This document shows positions 54,629-64,000 of a DNA stretch of 64,000 nt, in pieces; within the stretch, counting starts at the first letter, position 1; each line of letters starts with the position of its first letter. Both the position numbers and the translations under genes were made by a program. This DNA is from Octopus vulgaris (taxonomy: Eukaryota): contig OX597818.1 of the NCBI GenBank assembly GCA_951406725.2, forward strand, positions 67,580,001 to 67,644,000. Direction: 5' to 3'. The notes beneath the pieces are model-generated. The model made no database searches, was not told the origin of the DNA, and was given only the letters and a program-made list of their open reading frames with translations.

Positions 54629-55077
54629 TATACGAATATATATATATATATATACACACAAATATATAAATGTATGTATGTATATATGTATGTAAATATA
54701 TGTTCATGTATAGGCCAATGCATGCAGATATGTTTCTTGCGCATGCGTGTATATATCGGAATATCTCTTATATTATGCTATATATATAAACACCTCAATG
54801 TCACCGCCATATTTAGGTATACAAACAACATATAGTTTGCCATATTTATTTTCGTTGTCTTTATATGCTTCTATCCATCTTTCTTTACCTATTTATGTGA
54901 GTGAGTGTTTGCAAATTTACATCTAAACCTATAGACATACACACATATATAAATATATAGGTATATATGTGTGTACATATATAAATATCTATGTATATAC
55001 ATGTATATATATATATTTGAATGAATATATGAGTATGTGTGTGTGCATGTATGTATATATGTGTGTGTGTGTGTATG

Positions 55078-55135
<58 letters not shown>

Positions 55136-55200
55136 CCGCAGCACTGTATTCATATTTTTTTAAACTGTGTGCGTATGTGTGTGTGCGTATGTGTGTGTGC
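53266..55200. repeat. Cluster of degenerate (TA)n/(TG)n/(CA)n microsatellites interspersed with unique sequence
   Basis: Direct reading; these repeats explain the many YI/VC-rich ORFs. Confidence 0.9.
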
Positions 55201-55525
55201 GCACATTTGCATATTTTAGTGTGTGCATGTGTTAGTGGCATTGAGAAATATTTTGGAAATGCGAAGAGAATACTCTCTACGTGTATCACCTTACACGAGA
55301 TATCAAAAAATTTAAGGAAATTTCTCTGTAATACTGAGTCTCTCCAGGGGTCTATGCACGTAGTGAATGATTATTAAATCAATGTTTCTTAAAATGCCTT
55401 TCATTTTCAAACTTTGATACATTGTACAAAACAAATTTACTTCATCATCAACGCTCGTCATCAACTTGATGACCATTTCGCATACATCAATTTACACTTC
55501 GTTCATTATTTGTCTATTCTAAGAC

Positions 55526-55905
55526 AGCGAGTTGGCAGAAACTTTAACGCGCCGGGCGAAATGCTTAGCGGTATTTCGTCTGCTGTTACGTTGTGAGTTC
55601 AAATTCCACCGAGGTCGACTTTGCCTTTCATCCTTTCGGGGTCGATTAAATAAGTACCAGTTACACACTGGGGTAGATATAATAGACTTAATCCGTTTGT
55701 CTATCCTTGTTTGTCCTCTTTGTGTTCAGCCCCTTATGAGTAGTAAAGAAATAGGTACTTCGTCAGTCTTTATGCTCTGAGGCCGACTCTGCCTTCCATT
55801 CTTTCGGGGTCGATAAATTAAGTATCAGTTGCGTACTGGGATCGATCTAATCGCTGGTCCCCACCATCAAAATTTCGGGTTTTGTGCCTAGAGTAGAAAA
55901 GATTA
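55526..55905 (+). mobile_element. SINE family A copy
   Basis: GCGAGTTGGCAGAAAC head, GAGTTCAAATTCCACCGAGGTCGACTTTGCC body and a partial second module. Confidence 0.85.
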
Positions 55906-56544
55906 TTTGTGCATTCGCATTGCCTGGCTGCTTTTAATTTATCGACTTTTGCGGAAATTGAACCCAAAACTTTCTCTTCTAAATCTAGTAGAGTAAGGTC
56001 CAGTAAACGAGGAAGGTAATCTACTGAGCGTCTTTATCTATGCTACATGTTTGCCGAAATCTATTCAAGGTAGACTCTTATCTTACTATGATGATATTCA
56101 GTCTACTGATTCATTTTCATTTTAGGGGTTTATTTTTTATTTTTATATAAGAGTTTTTGGTAAGTTTTATATTTAAAATTTATATCCTAACATTTCGAAT
56201 AGAACTGTTGGAAGTGCATCATCATGCAGGAAGTAGAATTTCACATCTACGAATCACTCTTGATTTATTAGCATGACACACTACCGCAGCAAATTTGTGT
56301 ACATGAGGCCAAGGACGATGTAGTAAGAATAAAAACTGTCTCCTTAAACTTGATCATAAGCTGCATCATATGTTAATTCTAAATTAATTAACATAATTTA
56401 CCTCCGTAAGATGTGGGTTCTTGGTCTTCCTTATGTGCAATTGTGACAGTAATTTGAGGCATTTCGTTTAAATGTACTCGTATCACTCCAAACAATCTTT
56501 ACTGGAAAGTGTGCAATATATAGCCCTCTGCTAGGTGTTGTTTT

Positions 56545-56838
56545 TTCTTCCTTCTCGAGCCATCCCTGTCTAATAAGGGCCGGTTTCCTGGTTTCATTGG
56601 CGTATAGGTTCCTTATCTGGACGGGACGCCTGTCTGTCGCAGGTGAGCTACTAGATGCAGGAGGTGAGAGCGAAAGAAAATTCTGGCGAAAGAGTCAACT
56701 GAAATTCGCCATTGCCTTCTTCTGGTGTCACGTAAAGCTCAGGTGTTTCGCTCATAAACCCACACATCACCCGGTCTGAGATTCGAACACGCGACCTTTC
56801 GACCGCGAGTACGCTGCTCTCGGCCATGTGCCTCCACT
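56545..56838 (-). mobile_element. tRNA SINE with a V-domain-like block (family D)
   Basis: Minus strand: B box GTGTTCGAATCTC, then CTGCGACAGACAGGCGTCCCGTCCAG resembling the V-SINE domain, then a GAAACCAGGAAACCGGCCC tail. Confidence 0.65.
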
Positions 56839-57419
56839 TTGCCATGTACCACTGAGAGAGTTTCTCTCTTCAATATGGATCGTCTTTCTTGAGATCATAG
56901 ACTGGGCTTAGTACGTTAAACCTTTTGCAAAGATCAAGCCAGCCATCATAGTAACATATTCTGCGTCTGCGATTGCAATACGACCAAGTCCCGGCATTGA
57001 GCTGAAATTTTGATTTACAATTAGGGTTTCTAAATACTAATTAATAGAATAGTAACATCGGCGTAGAAGGAGTAGTTGGGATAGATGATATCAGGACTAC
57101 ATATGTATGGGTGGGGCTTGTATGTGCATGCACACGTGTGTCTGTTGGTGTATTTGTGTCTCTGTGTATGAGTGTGTGTTTATATTCTAAAAGATTACTA
57201 TGAGATTAAACTATAAAGCATATTCTAAGAGGCACTGCATTGCATGAAAATATATATTAAAAACAGAATTCTGTTTTTAATATAAATTTTCATATGTCAT
57301 GCCCGCCAAAGTTGGTTCTGGTGTTCGCTGTATTTTTCCTCTAGAGAATTTCCTTGTAGTTTGATCGTTGATGGTCTATTTCTAGCATACGGCCGACTCC
57401 CTAGCAGTAAGCCCTGCCA

Positions 57420-57478
<59 letters not shown>

Positions 57479-57657
57479 TACACATATATATACATACACA
57501 TATATACATACTTACACACACACACATATACACATACATAAATATATATATATATATGAAAAAGAAGAGGTAGATTATTTACATTTGAGGGATATGTGTC
57601 CTCATCTTGTTTGTTGATCTCATTCAGAGATTTAAAATTCGTTGTTTTACTCATTAA

Positions 57658-57692
<35 letters not shown>

Positions 57693-57719
57693 TTATTTTA
57701 TTTTATTTTATTTTTGTTT

Positions 57720-58410
57720 TATCTAGTTCCACCTCACGAGCTGTGGCCTTGCTGGGGCACCGCCATTTGGTGTTGCTTCATAATTTTACTTCACGAATGC
57801 TTTTTAGCAATTGCCATTTGGTGCAAGGGAGAGTTCGATGCAGCTGCCTTCATCTGCACCTCCTGTCGGGAAGATGGTTTATCTGGGACACCTGACAGGA
57901 AGAGATCCAGTTTTATTTTAAAGACATCTGCATCCACCCCATGCAGGTTCTTCGGGAGGATATGAAGAGCTGTGAGCCTCTGAAACCTAGGCTATCACAG
58001 TATCTTGTCCTACATCTTGATGGCAAATTTGGAGTCCTTGGCACTATGCAGTGGCGCCCAGTTCTAGCATTTGTGTAACTCTCGATGCCAAAGTTTGGGA
58101 CACGTCCTTCTAGGATCTTCCAGATGTGTATTATGGCTTATCTTTCTCGCCTACGCTCTAACGAAGAGGGTCTTAATCTCTTGAGTCTTTCCCTGTAGCT
58201 TATATGCTGCACAGAGGCTATGTTTTTCGTGTAGCTTCTTTGGATCGCCTCAAGTTCTGTGATTAACTTGACACTGGATGGTGACCATAGCTGAGAGCAA
58301 TAGTCAAAGTGGCTTAGGATAAGCGTCCTCCAGAGGACCATCATGGTTTCCTGGTCTCTAGTTCTAAACGTTCTAAGAATCAATCCGGTTAGCCGCCTAC
58401 ATTTCATTGT

Positions 58411-58411
<1 letters not shown>
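57720..58411 (-). mobile_element. 5'-truncated CR1/L2-group LINE 3' end
   Basis: GLILRTFRTRD..LWRTLILSHFDYCSQLWSP..LEAIQRSYTK..SYRERLKRL..SLERRRER, with an (AAAAT)n tail near 57690-57720. Confidence 0.9.
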
Positions 58412-58477
<66 letters not shown>

Positions 58478-58531
58478 TATGGAAAAGCAAGTCAAGATAG
58501 AAAATGCTGAAATAATTTTATAAGAACATTT

Positions 58532-58567
58532 CAGTACCGGTTTCAGTCATTGAGACATTTTCAACTG
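58532..58567 (-). ncRNA. Minimal type I hammerhead motif, U3-A8 variant
   Basis: Minus strand: CAG-TTGAAAA-T-GTC tcaat GAC-T-GAAAC-CG-GTA-CTG, with palindromic ACCGGT in stem III; a tail of about 55 nt runs into (TA)n. Confidence 0.6.
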
Positions 58568-58729
58568 TAACAATTAAATAGTTAAATTTAGAAAAAATTA
58601 AAAGAAAAGTGTTTTTAAAAGAATATTTGTATAGTTTTCAAATACAAGGGGCATTTTCCTTGTTTCTGCCTTTCTCTGTCTCTTTCGTTTATTCTTGTGG
58701 GTTCGAGGTCGTTGTGAATTCTTGCTATG

Positions 58730-58930
58730 GAAGAAGAAGAAGAAGAAGAAGAGAGAAGAAGAAGAAGAAGAAGAAGAAAAGACAACAAGAAGAAGAAGAA
58801 GAAGAAGAAGAAGAAAAGACAAGAAGAAGAAGAAGAAGAAAAGAGAAGAAGGAGAAGAAGAAGAAGAAGAAGAAGAAGAAGAAGAAGAAGAAGAAAAAGA
58901 AGACGGGGACAAGGGAAGAAGAAGACGAGG
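58730..58930. repeat. (GAA)n microsatellite
   Basis: Direct reading. Confidence 0.95.
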
Positions 58931-59115
58931 AATTTGGGAGTGCCATGATAGGAGTATTTTGAATGGACAGTGGGTGGCAGCAGTTGCTGCTCAATTCATG
59001 AAAATATTTCTATTGAAAGTTTTGTTTGTAGAATTTGCGTAGGTGTTATTCTAAAAAGCATTAGTGATAAAGTTAGGAAGGAGAAAGAAGGAGAAGGGGG
59101 AGAAAAAGAAGAAGA

Positions 59116-59147
<32 letters not shown>

Positions 59148-60006
59148 TGTTCATTCAAAATCCAAGGATTTATCTGTTTATTTCTATCACTGTATGTATG
59201 TACGTATGTATGTATGTATATATTTATAAGAGCATGTTTTATAGAAGTAAATTTCGGAGTTTTCCAAACGAATGACGTGCCCCACCCAGAGCATTGAACA
59301 CCTGATATGACTTTTCAGTGTCATTTAAATTTTCCATGTATAATGCTTTTTGCTTTATTGTCATAGGAAACGTTTGATTCGACCGCTGCATCTGGTTCAC
59401 GTTCAGCATTTATCCAATAATGTTGGGTTACCTACAACATGATAATTCTGAATCTTTGTTTTGTGCCAAAGAACATGAAGCAAAGTAACGTGACGGTCTC
59501 GATTCCTTTGCCAATGGCTTATTATTAAAGAGTTCAAGAAAACTGTTCAATAATTTCAGGGTTTCTTTTTATGATATTAATGGTAAGATCAAATGTTTTG
59601 CATGACTTGGAAAATCTATTTACAATTCCTTACAATTCTTCCGAAGAACGTTCGGCGCATGCACAACCATTTTCAAAATGCAGCTCATGGATCAATTCCT
59701 CTCTAGTTTTCCATATTGTATTGAACCATTTAATATTGAATTAATGGCTGCTAGAGCAGAAAACGTTTTACTTACCTCAGAAGTGATATCTCATCCACCG
59801 AAAATGACAGATCAATCTGTAAAGCAAACGCATGGAGTGCACTGACCAATTCAGAAATAATTTGGAAGTCTACACTGCCTGACCAAAGGAACAGTGAACT
59901 CGAAATAAGCATGAGAGACTCACTTCTCATTTTCGATTCGTCACGATGAAGTCTGCATAGAATAAAAGAGAAATACAGATCGAAATTGAGATGATCGACA
60001 CACGTA

Positions 60007-60386
60007 CACTTGCGTCAGAAATTAATTAGCACTTCTCATATTTCTACATTAAATAGGTTAAATCAATTAACCTATGAGCTGTTCAAAACGTCTTACGCGA
60101 TGAGAAAACTTAGTATGGTGTGATTTCGGTCCTTGCGAGGCGCTACCTATATCTATTAAACAAAGGAAGATTTGTCTGCATCCGCACTCCAAGTTGTTGT
60201 TGCACTGCTATGTCAACATCATTAGGCTGTAGACTCTCAAACTGCTCTGCAAACAAAGTTACGTCATCGTTCTGCGCAACAGTGAACTCGCAACAAAGCA
60301 ATAGTTCGAGATATGGCCACTAGGTTACAGCACATACCTTGAGTGAAGAGCAAATCAAGGGTGCTAATTAATTTCTGACGGTAGTG
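60007..60386. mobile_element. Tc1-like MITE or deletion derivative with 26-bp terminal inverted repeats and TA flanks
   Basis: TA-CACTTGCGTCAGAAATTAATTAGCAC ... GTGCTAATTAATTTCTGACGGTAGTG-TA (2 mismatches). Confidence 0.85.
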
Positions 60387-60419
60387 TATGTTGTGTGCTC
60401 TTCTTATAAAATGATGGAA

Positions 60420-60700
60420 GCAATAATCAGTGAAGGAAGTTTATGGAAATATCTCCGAACATTTTCTCAATCATTCGAGAGCGGAGGAAACGACATGTTG
60501 ATCACTGTTACCTTACTAAAGACTATTTAGCACATTGTTTGAATACTGAGCCATGGGGATTCTCATGCTGGACGACCGAGAAAGACGTATGTTGGTCAGC
60601 TCTCTAATGATGGACAGTTACAAAGAACAAAAAATATTTCAAAATCGACGTGAAGTATAGGACTGTTTGGAGAGAATGCGTGGTTTTAATCCTGGCCATC
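60420..60700 (+). mobile_element. Decayed RTE-clade LINE 3' fragment
   Basis: GRPRKTYVGQL motif typical of RTE ORF C-termini. Confidence 0.55.
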
Positions 60701-61179
60701 AAACCGGATCAATAATTAAATACAGACAGACGAGCAGGCAGACAGGTCGACTGACAGAAAGAAGGAGAGTCAGACAGTTAGATATATAAGAGAGAACCAT
60801 CAGATTACTTTCGAAACATTGGTTTCCTTGTAGTATATCAACATAATGCGGTGTACATTTGCCCAGAATCTGGAAATACTTCCGCTTGAGGGTACCTTGA
60901 AATGACTGTTGGATGTTATTGAACACATGTTGCCTGAAGCGAGAAAATATTCCCCATCAAAATAACAGTGAATCCTTAATTTGCCCTGGTTAATATATTA
61001 TAAATAATGTAAATAATGTACACAACTCCTGATCTTCTAAAATATAGAACTGTATTATCTAATCGGTACGGAACGGACATCAGACTTCAATAGAGAGGTA
61101 TAGAGAAACTCCATCACAAACTAGCTCGTCTTTCAAACCATACCTTAGGACTGAAAACCAAGGATTGAACTTTCCCCAA

Positions 61180-61225
61180 GACACCTGATGAAGGCTGGAC
61201 GGTATATCATCCGAAACGTTGTGTT
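61180..61225 (+). ncRNA. Minimal type I hammerhead motif in a Penelope-like terminal repeat (61140-61285)
   Basis: AGACAC-CTGATGA-AGGCTGGACGGTATATCATCC-GAAACGTT-GTGTT, with stem I-like ACAC/GTGT pairing and palindromic AACGTT. Flanks are homologous to 51320-51445. Confidence 0.8.
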
Positions 61226-62337
61226 AACAACAAACTAGACGTAGACAAATATCCATCAATTGTAAATAATGTAAATAATGTAAATTACAAACCTGTTTGA
61301 ATTGATCTTAATATTTGTTTACTCGAACCCTAGTGGCAATATAATGTTACCCTTTGAACATCATTAGTATATTTATTGACCGGCGAAAACGAAAAGATAA
61401 ATTTGTAGAAAAACGTATCAGTTTTACTAAGTGCTTAGTAATATTTAGTTACTAAGAAAGACAGTGTTTTCGATTCAAAAATGTGTCTGATGAAATCATT
61501 ACACTACTCCTGCCGGTTTCACTTCTTGTCTGTCGCTGGAGATTTCATGTAAAAATACAAGGCATTTGCATCTGTTTACACTGCCAATGTTGTCATCCAT
61601 TTTTTTTTTAAACCACAGTCTTCGAAATGATGGGGGTGAGGTGGGCATCAGTGTACGAAAAAATGTTTTGTTGTCATCCAATGAATACTTATAAACCAGG
61701 AACATCGTAGCATTGGACACAGGAACAAGCACGTTCCATGAAGTTAAAAAAAATGGATACGTTTCTGTGATACGGGGAGCGGAGAGAATCAATGTTTCTA
61801 CGATTGTCACCATCAGAGTCCGACAATACTTTAAGTATTTATTGCAGCGCTGATCAAAGGTGTAACATTTTGCTCGACACCTCGAAACATTTATGACCTC
61901 GTGACATACGAAATTATCGAAAATTTCAGTATGTAATAATTATATGCCTATTTCAATAACTGTAAAGTAACGGCCATATTTTATCCTGAGAATTAAAAGC
62001 CAGAAATATTCAAAGCTTATTGGTGAATGTCATAACTGAATTACAAATACTTTGACTTATGAACGTATTCATAAATGCAATATTATTTAGATCAATATTT
62101 ATTTTTCATACGTGGGCTGTTTGCGTAGAAAGGAACTATTAACGTTGTAAATAATCAAGTATTTCACACGCAGAATTTAGTAAAGGTAATCAAAACATTT
62201 TCGTAACGTAACTGTGTTCTTGAAATTCTACGACATGTTGCTGGAAATAATTGAATAATCAGAGTTAAATATACTAGCAGAAAGATTTCAATTCAGCAAG
62301 CCATCTGTAAGCTTTGCAGTGTGTGTAAGAGAGAGAG

Positions 62338-62368
<31 letters not shown>

Positions 62369-62908
62369 CGGGAGCGAAAGAACATTACTAACAATGAATG
62401 AAATAAAGAATGAATGAAAGAATCGCATCAATAAAGGGGAATTACTACAGATGTATACCCCCCCCCCCGCCACTGACTGTGTTGCCTCGTAACATCCAGA
62501 AAAATGGATACTTTTTATCAAAAATCTTCTATAAATACCGCATAGGGGTTGTGACTTCAGTGTATAGAGGAATTTATGGGAAAGAATTTTTCCGACGGGG
62601 TGGAGAGAGGAGTTTCAGAAAATTCCCACAATCTTTTATCCCTCATAACTTTCAGGACAATCGGTATCTTTTAATGAAAATTTATACAAATCGCCTTACA
62701 AACGGCATAGATTACGATTATAAAGAAATCTTTGAGCAAAATTCTTTCGGGAGTTTTGTCCCTTTTTTTTAAAGATCACAGTCTTCGAAATGATGGGGGG
62801 TGAGTTGGGCATCAGTGAGTGAAAAATGTTTTGAAAAATCTCTTTGATATACACCCACTCCCTCATCATCCCACTCCGGACCTACTTTGGTCAATTCTTT
62901 TTGCTCTC

Positions 62909-63051
62909 CTTCTTCTTCTTCTTCTTCTTCTTCTTCTTCTTCTTCTTCTTCTTCTTCTTCTTCTTCTTCTTCTTCTTCTTCTTCTTCTTCTTCTTCTTCT
63001 TCTTCTTCTTCTTCTTCTTCTGCTTCTTCTTCAACATTAACTTCTCCTCTC

Positions 63052-63130
<79 letters not shown>
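62909..63130. repeat. (TTC)n then (CTA)n microsatellites
   Basis: Direct reading. Confidence 0.95.
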
Positions 63131-64000
63131 ATGTTCTTTTTGCTTACACTTCTCCATATGTCAGCGGTGATCGAACAGAACTATAGTAATTGTGATATTC
63201 TGGGAATTATAAAATGTAATCTAGCGATCTGTTTTTCTAAAGGATGTTGTTGCTCTAATCACAGGTGTTATATAACTCTATCACTCTTTACTCAAGAAAC
63301 AGATTGAGTGATTCATCTATGCTTGCCTTAGAATGATCGAAATCGACTTTAGGCGTCCAGTTGTTATCTTTATTTCGTATTATCTCACATTTATATCGCA
63401 AATATAACAGATTTTATTCCTTGTAGAAAGTTGATCGCAAGCAAATACCAATACGGCTGTTTATCTAAATATCTCCCAGCCTACACTAAACTTTATATAT
63501 AGTTCTTTGTCTCCAGATCAACTTTCTTCCGAAATCTCGCTGTTTATGTATTTTTTTAAGGCGTTAATTAGCAACTGTTTCAGGAGAAATTTTAGAGTAA
63601 GTTGAAGATTCATGGACGAAACTAATTCTTCCAGAATCAGCGATAAAGTGTATATCCCTACAAGGTCTCTCGTCAGCAAATCAGAGACAGCTCTAATAAT
63701 CATTCAAGTGTCTCTTAAGTAGCAATCCAATTGTCACTAAGCTGCTCGCTCTCGTCTTAGAAAATGAAAGGCAAAGTAAATATTGTTGCTCCAGATGTAT
63801 TTCTGCCAACAACAGATAAAATGTCATGGCTGCAAAGATATTGGAGACAAACACAGCCTAAATAGAGATAAGGTGAGATTAAACAACGCCGGTAAAACGG
63901 AATATTCTCATGCAATATACTACAACTCACATTATCTAATTACGTGTCTTTATAAATGCAGTACGATATATTTAAATATAAGAAGAAAATAGAGAAATTG

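Noticed and set aside
53276-55377. Many overlapping ORFs rich in YI, VC and HT
   Set aside because: They are translations of dinucleotide microsatellites. The same applies to the poly-L, -I, -N, -S, -K and -E ORFs elsewhere in the window.

Overview
AT-rich, repeat-dominated eukaryotic DNA; its SINE families and very dense microsatellites resemble an octopus (coleoid cephalopod) genome, which is an inference. No complete host gene is visible, and almost all ORFs in the supplied track are microsatellite or antisense artefacts. Supportable content: (1) many tRNA-derived SINEs from several families; (2) a 5'-truncated R4/Dong-like restriction-like-endonuclease LINE in a (TAA)n tract (26912-29246, minus), with a nested CR1-type fragment and many decayed relatives; (3) CR1-type and RTE fragments, a Tc1-like MITE and a mariner end; (4) a few candidate host exons around 12.1-15.3 kb. 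The main unexplained signal is at least six type I hammerhead ribozyme motifs plus degenerate ones, belonging to several unrelated sequence families. Most sit in short non-coding units that end in (TA)n, and several are long fold-back palindromes. One lies downstream of a Penelope-like GIY-YIG remnant and a tRNA-like cassette. This suggests a diverse population of ribozyme-bearing Penelope-derived or retrozyme-like mini-elements. A second lead is an exon-like block with one in-frame TGA followed by 63 open codons.
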